The position numbers and the translations under genes are program-made. Shown here one piece after another: positions 54,050 to 63,716 of a stretch of 64,000 nt of DNA. The DNA comes from an uncultured Chitinophagales bacterium (GTDB lineage Bacteria; Bacteroidota; Rhodothermia; Balneolales; CAYWCV01), in NCBI GenBank assembly GCA_964456845.1, contig CAYWCV010000002.1:15314-79313 (forward strand), read 5' to 3'. Under the pieces are notes generated by a model. That model did no database searches, had not been told where the DNA came from, and saw only the letters and a program-made list of their open reading frames with translations. Every line of letters begins with the position of its first letter. Position 1 is the first letter of the stretch.

Positions 54050-54745
54050 TTAGTGTTCATTCAAAAATTTGTCGTAGAGATCAGGGCGAAGACGCTTCGT
54101 CCGTTCAAGGGCGTTGTCGTGCCTCCATGCTTCGATTTTGGAGTGGTCGCCGCTCAACAGGGTGTCAGGAACCTTCCACCCGTTGAATTCTGCCGGCCTT
54201 GTGTACGCTTCGCAGTCGAGAAGTCCATCCTGAAAGGAGTCGTTCAATGCGCTGACCGCATCTCCGAGCACCCCCGGGAGCAACCTCGCCACGGCGTCGA
54301 CGATGACCAATGCGGGAAGCTCGCCTCCCGAAAGGACAAAGTCGCCAAGGCTGTACTCTTTGGTAACCACATGGTCGCGTATCCGCTGATCGACACCCTT
54401 GTAATGCCCACACAAGATGATGACCTTCTTCAAACCCGACAGCTTGTTGGCTTCGGTCTGTGTGAAGGGGATTCCATCTGGTGCCATGAAGAGGATCTCG
54501 TCATAATTTCCGTCCGCTTTCAACGACTCAATGCACGAGTAGATGGGTTGCGGAGTGAGAACCATGCCGGGTCCACCTCCATAGGGGGTGTCGTCGACCT
54601 TTCGGTGCTTGTCTTCCGAGTAGTCGCGAAGATCATGGATGTGTACATCCAACAGGCCCTTGTCGCGGGCCTTCTTCACGATGCTGTGCTCAAGGGGTGA
54701 GCGCAGCAAGTCGGGCACGGCACTGATGAGGTCGAAACGCATCAC
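54050..54745 (-). CDS. trmD: tRNA (guanine37-N1)-methyltransferase
   Basis: 231 aa. 'MMRFDLISAVPDLL', 'DDTPYGGGPGMVL', 'ILCGHYKGVDQR', 'GDFVLSGGELPA'. Confidence 0.95.
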   Translation of the reverse strand: MMRFDLISAVPDLLRSPLEHSIVKKARDKGLLDVHIHDLRDYSEDKHRKVDDTPYGGGPGMVLTPQPIYSCIESLKADGNYDEILFMAPDGIPFTQTEANKLSGLKKVIILCGHYKGVDQRIRDHVVTKEYSLGDFVLSGGELPALVIVDAVARLLPGVLGDAVSALNDSFQDGLLDCEAYTRPAEFNGWKVPDTLLSGDHSKIEAWRHDNALERTKRLRPDLYDKFLNEH

Positions 54746-55293
54746 AGCTCCAATAGTTCGTCGATGTCGACCACCGTAACCGTGCGTTCATCATCGTCCA
54801 CCTCGTCGACATAAGCGTCGACGAACGGAATCAGAACCTCACCTTTTCCCTTGATATGCATTCGAAGGATGGGGTGTGCAGGGTTGTCGAGTGTTTCGAT
54901 CACGTCGCCAATGTTGTTCCCGTCGGTGTCGAGCACCGAGTAACCGGACAGGTCGTCGGCATCCTCTTCGAAGAAGTCGACATTTCCGGGTTCGACAAGT
55001 ACGTGACGACCAACGAGGGCTGTTGCAGCGTTGCGGTCAGCTACCATTTCCAAAATCACAAAGAACATTTGCCGTTCGCCCTGAACCGACAGCCTTGAAG
55101 ACTGTATGCGCCAGGGCTGCAGCATCCCGAAATCGCCCGCCATGTAGACGGTTTCGACATCCAGGAGCTGGTTTGGCATTGGCAGGTCGATGCGGATGCC
55201 GATTTCACCCTTCAATCCGTGAACTTTGGTCACCGTGCCAATGGCATCGAATGATGGATCAGGATTGGATTGAGGTTTCATGTCGGTACCCAT
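54742..55293 (-). CDS. rimM: 16S rRNA processing protein RimM
   Basis: 183 aa. 'IGTVTKVHGLKGEI' and a C-terminal PRC barrel. It sits in the canonical rpsP-rimM-trmD-rplS order. Confidence 0.88.
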   Translation of the reverse strand: MGTDMKPQSNPDPSFDAIGTVTKVHGLKGEIGIRIDLPMPNQLLDVETVYMAGDFGMLQPWRIQSSRLSVQGERQMFFVILEMVADRNAATALVGRHVLVEPGNVDFFEEDADDLSGYSVLDTDGNNIGDVIETLDNPAHPILRMHIKGKGEVLIPFVDAYVDEVDDDERTVTVVDIDELLEL

Positions 55294-55310
55294 CCCCTCT
55301 GCCTGGAGGA

Positions 55311-55988
55311 TTAGGCTTCCTTGTTCTCTTCGCCTTCGGCGCTTTCAGCTGCGGGGGCCTCTTCGGCAGGAGCTTCGTTTGCTGTTGCCTCTTCGGCAGG
55401 AGCCTCGGTTGCTTCTTCCTCTGTGGCTTCCGTTACCTCGGCAGCGGCTTCTTCGGCAGGTGCTTCTTCGGTAACTTCCGTGGCGGCGGCTGTTTCAGCG
55501 GCTTCAGCTTGGGCAGCGGCAGCGGCGGCAGCGGCTTTGGCTTCTTCGGCAGCGGCAATGGCGGCGGCTTCAGCGGCTTTGGCTTTCTCTACCTGCGACT
55601 TCTTGTAGGCTTCTTCTTCAGCTTTCAGGCGGGCACGCATTTCTTCGGTACCCGTCTTGACGGTCTTGTCGCCTTTAGAAGCTTTCCAGGCATCGATGGT
55701 TGAGTTGATCTCTTCTTCCGACTTGCCCCAGCCAAGAAGGTGGACGCGGTACAGGATACCTTCCTTCTTGAGGATGGAACGCACCGTGTCGGTAGGCTGA
55801 GCACCGGTCTTGAGCCAGTGAATGACTCGGTCGGTCTTTATGGTCACTTTCGTTGTGGCATTTACAGGGTCGTAGCGACCCAGGTCTTCAATGATTCGAC
55901 CATCACGCTTGGCACGCACGTCGGCTACCACGATATGATAGTACGGCTTCTTCTTGCGACCGTGCCGTTGGAGGCGGATTTTAACCAA
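55311..55988 (-). CDS. rpsP: 30S ribosomal protein S16 with a long Ala/Glu-rich C-terminal extension
   Basis: The N-terminal ~85 aa '[36 protein letters not shown]' form the S16 core. The remaining ~140 aa are low-complexity (A/E/K/T). Confidence 0.9.
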   Translation of the reverse strand: MVKIRLQRHGRKKKPYYHIVVADVRAKRDGRIIEDLGRYDPVNATTKVTIKTDRVIHWLKTGAQPTDTVRSILKKEGILYRVHLLGWGKSEEEINSTIDAWKASKGDKTVKTGTEEMRARLKAEEEAYKKSQVEKAKAAEAAAIAAAEEAKAAAAAAAAQAEAAETAAATEVTEEAPAEEAAAEVTEATEEEATEAPAEEATANEAPAEEAPAAESAEGEENKEA

Positions 55989-56031
55989 TGTTAGCTCCTC
56001 TGGTTAAGTGTTGTTTCTGGTTGTTAATGGA

Positions 56032-57378
56032 TTATCGTCTTGGACTTGGCAGGCCCATACCGGCGAGGCCCTGCATCGCCTTGCCCATCTTTCCCATCCC
56101 TGACATCTGCTTCATCATCTTGCGCATCTGCTCGAACTGCTTGATGAGGTCGTTCACGTCGCGGACCGTTGTTCCGGATCCGGATGCGATGCGCTTGCGG
56201 CGACTTGCATTGATCTTGTCGGGATTACGACGCTCGTCGAGCGTCATCGATCTGATGATGGCTTCGATGGGCTTGAAGGCGTCGTCGTCGATGGGCAGGT
56301 CCTTCATGGCATTTCCCATGCCGGGAATCATGGCCAACAGGTCCTTCATCGATCCCATGCGCTTAATCTGCTGCAGTTGATCGAGGAAGTCTTCGAGGTT
56401 GAAGGTGTTGGACCGGATTTTCGTGTTGAGCTTCTTTGCCTGCTCCTCGTCGATCTGCTGCTGCGCGCGCTCAACCAGGGAGATGACGTCGCCCATGCCC
56501 AGGATGCGCTGGGCCATGCGGTCGGGGTAGAACACGGAGATGGCGTCGAGCTTTTCGCCGGTGCTCATGAATTTGATCGGCTTCTCGACCACGTAGGTCA
56601 CCGAAAGAGCCGCGCCGCCACGGGTGTCGCCGTCGAGCTTTGACAACACCACGCCGTCGAAGTCGATGCGCTTGTTGAATTCGCGTGCGGTGTTGACGGC
56701 ATCCTGGCCGGTCATGGCGTCGACCACAAAGAGAGTCTCGTGCGGCTTGAGGATGCCCTTGATTTTGGCCACCTCTGACATCATTTCGTCGTCAACGTGG
56801 AGTCGACCTGCAGTATCGACAATCAGCACGTCGCACATGGCTTTCTTGCACGCATCGAGTGCCTCGGTGGCCACCCGCACGGCGTTCTTCTCCTCTATGG
56901 AGTAAACGGGCACGTTAATCTGGCCGGCAAGGGTCTTCAGCTGCTCGATGGCTGCCGGACGATACACGTCGGCGGCGGCCAGCATGGGCTTGTGCCCCTT
57001 GCTTTTGAGGTGGTTCGCTAGTTTGGCGGTAAACGTCGTCTTACCGGAACCTTGAAGACCCGCAATAAGGATGACCGTTGGCGGATTGGCCGCCATCCGG
57101 ATGTCTTCCTTCTCCTTGCCGAGGATGCGAACCAGCTCGTCATAGACGATCTTGGTGAACATCTGACCCGGCGACACATTGGAGATTACGCCTTCTCCCT
57201 CGGCCGCATCCTTGATGCGGCGGGTGAATTCGCGGGCAACGTCGTAATTGACGTCGGCGTCGAGCAGCGCCCTTCTGATCTCCCGCACCGTTTCGGCGAC
57301 GTTGACCTCGCTGATCCGGTTTTTGCCCGACAGGGACTTAAAAGCGTCAGTAAACTTTGATGAGAGATCGTCAAACAT
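56032..57378 (-). CDS. ffh: Signal recognition particle protein Ffh
   Basis: 448 aa. 'GLQGSGKTTF', 'DTAGRL', 'KLDGD.RGGAALS' and a Met-rich M domain. Confidence 0.96.
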   Translation of the reverse strand: MFDDLSSKFTDAFKSLSGKNRISEVNVAETVREIRRALLDADVNYDVAREFTRRIKDAAEGEGVISNVSPGQMFTKIVYDELVRILGKEKEDIRMAANPPTVILIAGLQGSGKTTFTAKLANHLKSKGHKPMLAAADVYRPAAIEQLKTLAGQINVPVYSIEEKNAVRVATEALDACKKAMCDVLIVDTAGRLHVDDEMMSEVAKIKGILKPHETLFVVDAMTGQDAVNTAREFNKRIDFDGVVLSKLDGDTRGGAALSVTYVVEKPIKFMSTGEKLDAISVFYPDRMAQRILGMGDVISLVERAQQQIDEEQAKKLNTKIRSNTFNLEDFLDQLQQIKRMGSMKDLLAMIPGMGNAMKDLPIDDDAFKPIEAIIRSMTLDERRNPDKINASRRKRIASGSGTTVRDVNDLIKQFEQMRKMMKQMSGMGKMGKAMQGLAGMGLPSPRR

Positions 57379-57473
57379 GGCAAAATGCCTTAGGTTATGC
57401 GGTGTAGCACGAATGCTTCGGTGCAGAGAACAGGAAGATAGGAGAATTTTATGAAGAATAAAAATATCCTGTT

Positions 57474-57559
57474 CTTATGCCACCACCCCCTTCCCCAGAA
57501 TTTATCTCGAGCTTGCGAGAGACCTACCGCGGTGGAGGGGAAGGGGGTGGTGGCATAAG
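57474..57559. repeat. 23-bp perfect GC-rich inverted repeat (hairpin) in the ffh/fabI divergent intergenic region
   Basis: 57474-57496 'cttatgccaccacccccttcccc' and 57537-57559 'ggggaagggggtggtggcataag' are exact reverse complements. The 40-nt spacer contains its own small hairpin (tctcg-agcttg-cgaga). Confidence 0.85.
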
Positions 57560-57631
57560 TTCGATGCTCAATGTTCTTTTTTGGCTTATATTCTCACAGT
57601 ACGTTTCCAGAAAACCCTCTCACACATCAGA

Positions 57632-58477
57632 ATGTCGACATCAAAAGGTTACGGATTACTCAAAGGCAAGAAAGGCATCATCTTTGGCGCTCTCGACGAG
57701 CGCAGCATCGCATGGCGCGTGGCACTGGCATGCCATCGCGAAGGAGCCGAATTCGTTCTTTCGAACGCACCGATCGCACTTCGCCTGGGTCAGTTAAATG
57801 CACTCTCCGAATCAACGGGAGCACCCGTCATCGGCTGCGACGTCAGCAAGGACGAAGAGGTCGAGTCGCTCATGCAGCAAGTGAAGGAACGCTTTGGCAG
57901 CATCGACTTCATCCTGCACGCGATCGGCATGTCACCCAACATCCGGAAGACAAAAGAGTACACCGACCTAAACTACGACTGGATGCACCAGACCCTGGAT
58001 ATCTCTGCCATCTCGCTGCATCGCATCCTTCACCACGCCACCGTTGGTGTCGACGTTCTAAGCGACGGCGGCAGTGTGGTAGCCCTGAGCTATATCGGCG
58101 CACAGCGCATCTTTTCGAAATATAGCGACATGAACGACGCGAAAGCCCTGCTCGAAAGCATCGCACGTAATTACGGCAGCCGTCTCGGCAAGCGCGGCAT
58201 CCGCGTGAACACCGTATCGCAGGCGCCTACCATCACGTCGGCAGGCTCGGGCATCAAGGGCTTCGACGGGATGTTCACGTTCGCCGAGAAACTAGCCCCC
58301 ATGGGTAACCCTACGGCTGACGAGTGTGCCGATTACTGCGTCACCCTCTTCTCGGATCTCACCCGCAAAGTCACCATGCAGAACCTCTTCCATGACGGTG
58401 GATTCTCGTCGAATGGCGTCAGCGAGGAAATGCTCAACGACTTGGCTGCCGTTTATGCAGCAAAGCAGGGTGAATAA
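57632..58477 (+). CDS. fabI: Enoyl-[acyl-carrier-protein] reductase (NADH), FabI
   Basis: Start at ATG 57632 gives 'MSTSKGYGLLKGKKGIIFGALDERSIAW', the FabI N-terminus. The catalytic Tyr/Lys region is 'SYIGAQRIFSKYSDMNDAKALLE'. Confidence 0.92.
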   Translation: MSTSKGYGLLKGKKGIIFGALDERSIAWRVALACHREGAEFVLSNAPIALRLGQLNALSESTGAPVIGCDVSKDEEVESLMQQVKERFGSIDFILHAIGMSPNIRKTKEYTDLNYDWMHQTLDISAISLHRILHHATVGVDVLSDGGSVVALSYIGAQRIFSKYSDMNDAKALLESIARNYGSRLGKRGIRVNTVSQAPTITSAGSGIKGFDGMFTFAEKLAPMGNPTADECADYCVTLFSDLTRKVTMQNLFHDGGFSSNGVSEEMLNDLAAVYAAKQGE

Positions 58478-58485
58478 ATGACAGC

Positions 58486-59079
58486 ATGAGCGAACTCCCA
58501 TCATCGTACAATGTGCTCGGGCTGGACCCTGGATCCAGGGTGATGGGATACGCAATTCTGCGCTGTGAAGGCAAAACGATGAACGCGGTCGACATCGGCG
58601 TGCTTCGCCTGCACGATACACCCGCACACCCCGACCGTCTAGAGCGCATCTTCGACCTAGTAACTTCCCTGATTGCAGAGTATGCCCCCGTTGCCGTGGC
58701 CGTCGAGACACCCGTCTATGGCAAAGACCCATTGGCCATGCTGAAGCTTGGCCGGGCACAGGCGGCCTGCATCCTGGCGGCAAGACTCAGATCGGTCGAA
58801 GTGTGCGAATACTATCCAAAAATGGTGAAGAAAAGCGTGACCGGAAACGGCAATGCGAGCAAGTCGCAGGTGGCCTTCATGCTGAACAAGACCGTGCACC
58901 TCACGGACGAAAAATTTCCAGCCGATGCAACCGATGCACTGGCCGTAGCGTGGTGCCATGTTCATCAAAGCCAGTCGGCCGCTTCTCCCATACCTGTGGT
59001 GAGGCGACGCGGACAGGACAAAAAAAGCGCCTGGGCCGACTTTGTCGACAGCAATCCAGCAAGGGTAAAAAAGCATTGA
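58486..59079 (+). CDS. ruvC: Crossover junction endodeoxyribonuclease RuvC
   Basis: 197 aa. 'VLGLDPGSRVMGYAIL', 'VAVETPVYGKDP', 'GNGNASKSQV', 'DATDALAVAWCH'. Confidence 0.92.
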   Translation: MSELPSSYNVLGLDPGSRVMGYAILRCEGKTMNAVDIGVLRLHDTPAHPDRLERIFDLVTSLIAEYAPVAVAVETPVYGKDPLAMLKLGRAQAACILAARLRSVEVCEYYPKMVKKSVTGNGNASKSQVAFMLNKTVHLTDEKFPADATDALAVAWCHVHQSQSAASPIPVVRRRGQDKKSAWADFVDSNPARVKKH

Positions 59080-59083
59080 TCCT

Positions 59084-59680
59084 ATGATAGCATTTCTGCG
59101 TGGAACACTATACGAGCGAAATCCAGACAAGGTCATCGTCGACGTAAACGGCGTAGGATACGTGGTGGGTGTGTCGCGCATCACAAGCCAATCGCTGCCC
59201 GATGGCGACGAACCGGTCATGTTGTTCATCCACCACCATATCACCGAAGCTGGTCAGGCGCTCTACGGGTTCATACGCCGCGAGGACATGGCCCTTTTCG
59301 AAGAACTTATCACGGTTAAGAGCGTCGGACCTAAACTGGCGCTGGGTATTTTGTCGGGCATGAGCACCTCCGATCTCATGGAGGCCATCGTCCGTCAGGA
59401 CGTTGTCGGCTTGTCGCGCATCCCAGGGATCGGGAAAAAAACTGCCGAACGGATCATCCTTGAACTTCGCGACCGCGTCGACAAAAAAAGAAACGATATT
59501 TCGGTTCCATCAGGCACACCAGATGTTGATATTGCGCGTGAAGCCATTGCGGCCCTTGAGGCTCTTGGATACCGACGCGGCTCGATGGATCAGATCGTTT
59601 CAACGATATTACGTTCTCCCGATGCGCCTCCGACAGCATCGGATGTCATTCGAATGGCGTTGAAATCAATCCAGACGTAA
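59084..59680 (+). CDS. ruvA: Holliday junction DNA helicase RuvA
   Basis: 198 aa. 'MIAFLRGTL....PD.VIVDVNGVGY' and HhH motifs 'VKSVGPKLAL' and 'IPGIGKKTAERI'. Confidence 0.92.
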   Translation: MIAFLRGTLYERNPDKVIVDVNGVGYVVGVSRITSQSLPDGDEPVMLFIHHHITEAGQALYGFIRREDMALFEELITVKSVGPKLALGILSGMSTSDLMEAIVRQDVVGLSRIPGIGKKTAERIILELRDRVDKKRNDISVPSGTPDVDIAREAIAALEALGYRRGSMDQIVSTILRSPDAPPTASDVIRMALKSIQT

Positions 59681-59740
59681 TGATTTCATAATCCGGAATT
59701 AACGATTCGTTGATGTTGAACCCTTAATTTGGGAGGATAT

Positions 59741-60466
59741 ATGACAGATCTATCAAGTACTCAGAACGTTAATAAGGATTCTGATACCGTGTCGAAAAGC
59801 ACCATCCTTATCGTCGACGACGAGAGAGACATCCTCGACCTGATCGAGTACAATCTTAAAAAAGAAGGCTTCGTGGTGGTCACGGCTGAAGACGGCGAGG
59901 AGGGGATTCAACGTGCACGCCAGATCAAGCCCGACCTTGTGCTGCTCGACATCATGATGCCCAAGATGGACGGCTTGGAAGTGATCGACTTGATGCGGCA
60001 GGATTCGAATTTGAAGGACATCCCCGTAATTTTTCTTACCGCACGCAGTGACGAAAAGACTGAGGTCAAAGGTCTCGACCGTGGTGCAGACGACTTTCTG
60101 ACAAAGCCCATTTCGACGACAAAACTGGTTTCGAGGATCAAGGCGGTCCTGCGCCGGTATGCGGAAGAGGCTGTCGAAGAGAGGGTGATAACTCGTCACG
60201 ACCTCACCATCGACCGAGACCGCTATATAGTGATCCGGAATGGCGTCGAACATCATTTGCCAAAGAAGGAGTTTGAATTGCTCTACTTTTTGGCCTCCCG
60301 CAAGGGCAAAGTGCTCGACCGGCAAACCTTGCTGAACGAGGTCTGGGGAAATAACATCTATGTGATCGACCGGACGATAGACGTTCACGTCCGCAAAATC
60401 AGGGAGAAGTTGGGCGACAATTATATTGAGACCGTAAAGGGTGTCGGCTATCGATTCAAGGAATAG
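59741..60466 (+). CDS. OmpR/PhoB-family response regulator
   Basis: ATG 59741 is preceded by GGAGG. Receiver 'ILIVDDERDI...LVLLDIMMPKMDG' and winged helix 'IETVKGVGYRFKE'. Confidence 0.9.
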   Translation: MTDLSSTQNVNKDSDTVSKSTILIVDDERDILDLIEYNLKKEGFVVVTAEDGEEGIQRARQIKPDLVLLDIMMPKMDGLEVIDLMRQDSNLKDIPVIFLTARSDEKTEVKGLDRGADDFLTKPISTTKLVSRIKAVLRRYAEEAVEERVITRHDLTIDRDRYIVIRNGVEHHLPKKEFELLYFLASRKGKVLDRQTLLNEVWGNNIYVIDRTIDVHVRKIREKLGDNYIETVKGVGYRFKE

Positions 60467-60471
60467 GCATC

Positions 60472-61533
60472 GTGCAGAATCCTGTTTTTTTGGTGCTCGC
60501 CTTGCGCATCGCCGTGGTGGTTGGTGTGGCTGTTTTTATGATATCAAGCGCCTGGGGTTTTGCCAACTACCCATGGAAGGTCTTTTTCCCCTACACGGCT
60601 GCCGGTAGCCTGTTGACCTTTATCATCACCTATTTCGTAGGTCACCTGTTTCTGCGGCGAAGGATACACTTGGTGATCAGTGAGCTCGACAACCTCGCCA
60701 ACAAGCGTTTCTTTGACCACGAGCATCTGGAGGTGAAGAAGCGCGACGAACTCGATTTTATCCTCAACAGGCTCAACGACACATCCGACACCATCGAGCG
60801 CGAGATACAGCGCCTCAAACGGATGGAAAATTACCGCAAGGAGTTCATCGGAGACCTGTCGCATGAGCTGAAGACCCCCATATTTGCCATACAGGGATTC
60901 ATTGAAACCTTATTGAACGGAGCCCTTGAGGATCCCGAGGTGAACAGGGAGTTTTTGCAAAAGGCGATGCGAAATGTGAACCGCCTCATCACACTCACCA
61001 ACGACTTGATGGAGATCGCCAAATTGGAAACCGGCGAACTCAAGGTGAACCCCGTGGTCGTTCCGCTTCGGGCAATGATCACGGAAATCGTGGAAACACT
61101 TTACTATAAAGCCGAGCGCGAGCAAATCTCGATCACCGTGCAAGAAGTCGACCCCAACCTGGCCGTCTTCGCCGACCGAAACCAAATACGACAGGTGATG
61201 CTGAACTTGGTCGAGAATGCCATCAAGTACAACCGCCCGGGCGGCAGTGTGGTCATCGGCATCAAGCCCACGCCACAGAGCGGTAAGAAAATCGCGGTTT
61301 TTGTGCAGGATTCGGGTATCGGGATAGAGGCCAAGCATTTGCCGAGGGTGACGGAGCGGTTTTACCGCATCGACAAATCGCGATCGCGCGACAAGGGGGG
61401 CACGGGCTTGGGACTTTCGATCGTGAAGCACATCATCGAGGCCCACCACGAGCAGCTCACTGTCGAAAGCACCCCAAACATCGGATCCACGTTCTCGTTT
61501 ACTCTGCAAAACGCCGCTTCCATTTCGGGATGA
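60472..61533 (+). CDS. Sensor histidine kinase (PhoR-like, two TM segments and a short sensor)
   Basis: 353 aa. H-box 'FIGDLSHELKTP', N-box 'LVENAIKYN', G-boxes 'VQDSGIGI' and 'GGTGLGLSIVK'. Confidence 0.88.
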   Translation: MQNPVFLVLALRIAVVVGVAVFMISSAWGFANYPWKVFFPYTAAGSLLTFIITYFVGHLFLRRRIHLVISELDNLANKRFFDHEHLEVKKRDELDFILNRLNDTSDTIEREIQRLKRMENYRKEFIGDLSHELKTPIFAIQGFIETLLNGALEDPEVNREFLQKAMRNVNRLITLTNDLMEIAKLETGELKVNPVVVPLRAMITEIVETLYYKAEREQISITVQEVDPNLAVFADRNQIRQVMLNLVENAIKYNRPGGSVVIGIKPTPQSGKKIAVFVQDSGIGIEAKHLPRVTERFYRIDKSRSRDKGGTGLGLSIVKHIIEAHHEQLTVESTPNIGSTFSFTLQNAASISG

Positions 61534-61581
61534 CGTGCTTGTTGGTTACCTTAAGGTCTACGACACGAACTTTCCTGTACT

Positions 61582-62655
61582 ATGAACTACGCCATCATCA
61601 TGGCCGGTGGATCCGGCACCCGCTTTTGGCCACTGAGCCGCAAAGCACTTCCGAAGCAGTTTTTGAGCCTATTTGGAGGAACCAGCCTCCTAAGGCAAAC
61701 CTACGAACGCATACGTCCTCTGTTCCCCGACGAAAGGATTTTCGTCGTAACGAATTCCAGATATGTCAACTTGGTGCAAGCACAGCTGCCAGAACTCCAA
61801 CTTGACAATATCATCGGAGAAGTCGCCGCCAAAAACACGGCCCCCTGCGTCGCCATGGCTGCCTCGCTTATTCTCACTGCCGATTCCGACGCCGTGATGG
61901 CGGTGCTTCCGTCCGACCATTCCATCGCCGATGACGACAGTTTCCTCGAAATACTGCAGCTTTCAATGAACCAGGCTTCGAACACCGGGGCGCTCTTCAC
62001 CATAGGCATTCGTCCTGATAGACCCGAAACTGGGTACGGGTACATTCAATATGACAAGGCCTCAACGGCATCTTCTCCCGTTTTCCCAGTAAAAACATTT
62101 GCCGAAAAACCAGACTTCGACACTGCACTGTCCTTCTTGAAGTCTGGCGACTTCCTTTGGAACAGCGGCATGTTCGTTTGGCGTGCCGATTCCATCATGA
62201 GGGAGTTCGACGCACATCTTCCAAACGTGTCACTGCTGTGTGCGAACTTGGTGGCTTCGATGCCGACCGTTGCACGACAGGACGCCATTGATGCGTTTTA
62301 CCAGTCTGTCGTATCGATCTCCATTGACTACGGCATTATGGAAAAAGCCGGTGATGTACGTGTAATCCCGGCCAATATCGGATGGTCGGACGTTGGGAGC
62401 TGGCATGCGGCATGGGAATTGGCCGAAAAAGACGCGTCAGGCAACAGCATCAATGGCAGTCTCATCGAGATGGTTGACACGAAAAACAGCTACGTGCGCA
62501 ACACGGGCGACAAACTTATTGCCCTTGTTGGAATGGAGGATGTGGTCGTAGTTGACACAGACGACGCCATATTGATCATGCCGCGTGCAAAGAGCCAAGA
62601 AATTCGCACCTTGATGGACAAACATCTGCCCGAACACGGCGACAAATACCTCTAA
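61582..62655 (+). CDS. Mannose-1-phosphate guanylyltransferase (NTP-transferase family)
   Basis: 357 aa. 'AIIMAGGSGTRFWPLSR...PKQF', 'PETGYGYIQ', 'FVEKP'-like 'FAEKPD', 'WNSGMFVW'. Confidence 0.85.
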   Translation: MNYAIIMAGGSGTRFWPLSRKALPKQFLSLFGGTSLLRQTYERIRPLFPDERIFVVTNSRYVNLVQAQLPELQLDNIIGEVAAKNTAPCVAMAASLILTADSDAVMAVLPSDHSIADDDSFLEILQLSMNQASNTGALFTIGIRPDRPETGYGYIQYDKASTASSPVFPVKTFAEKPDFDTALSFLKSGDFLWNSGMFVWRADSIMREFDAHLPNVSLLCANLVASMPTVARQDAIDAFYQSVVSISIDYGIMEKAGDVRVIPANIGWSDVGSWHAAWELAEKDASGNSINGSLIEMVDTKNSYVRNTGDKLIALVGMEDVVVVDTDDAILIMPRAKSQEIRTLMDKHLPEHGDKYL

Positions 62656-63408
62656 TCAGACCGATATCGTCAGTTCGTCGTATGCGAGGTTGATGCCTTT
62701 CGGCAACCGGTCCTCCGTTTCCTGATGCACAACATACGACGACATGTGCACGAAGTACGTTTGCGGGGCTCCTATCTGCTTGGCAACCTCAACCGACTCG
62801 GGTATGGTCATGTGTGTCGGGTGCAACGGCCCCCAACGCAGTGCACTGAGTACGACGACTTTCGCTCCCTTCATGAGAGCACGCGTTTCTGCCGGCACAT
62901 CGCTCACATCCGTGAGATAACAGAAATCGTTGATTCGAAATCCAAGTATGTCGAGTTCTCCATGTTTTGCCGGCAATGGCGTGATGCGCACGTCTGCCAC
63001 CGTGAGGGGCCTCTCCATCAGTTGCAGATCGATATCAACAGAACCGGGCACTTTTCCTGGTTCAAACATATAATGAAATCGGTGGAGGATGCTGTCGATG
63101 CAGGTCTGGGTTGCATAGGCGGGAATAACCTGATTCTGATGGTAGTTGAACGGCCTCAGGTCGTCCAACCCGGCTACATGGTCATTATGCTCGTGGGTGA
63201 TAAGCAACAGGTCGATCTGTTTGATGCCGGCTCGCAGAGTCTGCAGCCGAAACTCAGGTCCGATATCAATAAGGATGGAAATGTTGTCCGTCCTCACCCA
63301 GACCGAGCAACGATACCTGAAATCCCTTGGATCGTCGCTGCTGTGTCCAAATCCACCCGCTACCGGAACCCCCATGGACGTGCCCGTTCCTAGGAAGGTC
63401 ACCTTCAT
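62656..63408 (-). CDS. MBL-fold metallo-hydrolase
   Basis: 250 aa. 'MKVTFLGTGTSMGVP' and the metal motif 'ITHEHNDHVAGLDDL'. Confidence 0.8.
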   Translation of the reverse strand: MKVTFLGTGTSMGVPVAGGFGHSSDDPRDFRYRCSVWVRTDNISILIDIGPEFRLQTLRAGIKQIDLLLITHEHNDHVAGLDDLRPFNYHQNQVIPAYATQTCIDSILHRFHYMFEPGKVPGSVDIDLQLMERPLTVADVRITPLPAKHGELDILGFRINDFCYLTDVSDVPAETRALMKGAKVVVLSALRWGPLHPTHMTIPESVEVAKQIGAPQTYFVHMSSYVVHQETEDRLPKGINLAYDELTISV

Positions 63409-63716
63409 GCTTGGTCCTCATCCACGGGGTTGTCCCATAAGTCTGGGGTCTTCAGTCGGTTCAGACGGTCCCAATATTTGTCCAACTCCTTGCGGACGGC
63501 AGGTTTGACGAACTGATCTTCGAAATCGGACTCACGGAATAGCGCACAAATGCTGGCGATCTGCGACTCGGGGGGAAGCAGCCTGTTGAGCATGATTAGC
63601 TTTTCTCCTTCAAGCAGGCAGTTTCCGTTGCGAAAGTTACCCCGCTCACGCCTGATGCGGTAGCCCTTTGCAACGAGCAGGTCCTCCAATTCCAAAAGTA
63701 ATTTATCCGCTTTCAT
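63405..63716 (-). CDS. Small hypothetical protein
   Basis: 103 aa. It has 4-nt start/stop overlaps with both neighbours, suggesting real coupled translation. No motif recognised. Confidence 0.4.
   Translation of the reverse strand: MKADKLLLELEDLLVAKGYRIRRERGNFRNGNCLLEGEKLIMLNRLLPPESQIASICALFRESDFEDQFVKPAVRKELDKYWDRLNRLKTPDLWDNPVDEDQA

Noticed and set aside
53645-55703. Long plus-strand ORFs (53645..54700, 351 aa; 54876..55703, 275 aa; 55321..55608, Ala/Ser-rich)
   Set aside because: They lie antisense to rplS, trmD, rimM and rpsP, whose translations carry unmistakable family motifs. Their own translations are low-complexity or Arg/Cys/Gly-rich, as expected for antisense frames of GC-biased genes.
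57477-57797. 106-aa ORF 'MPPPPSPEFISSLRETYRGGGEGGGG...' and overlapping ORF 57571..58125
   Set aside because: The Pro- and Gly-runs are simply the two arms of the 23-bp palindrome translated. The rest overlaps the well-supported fabI frame.
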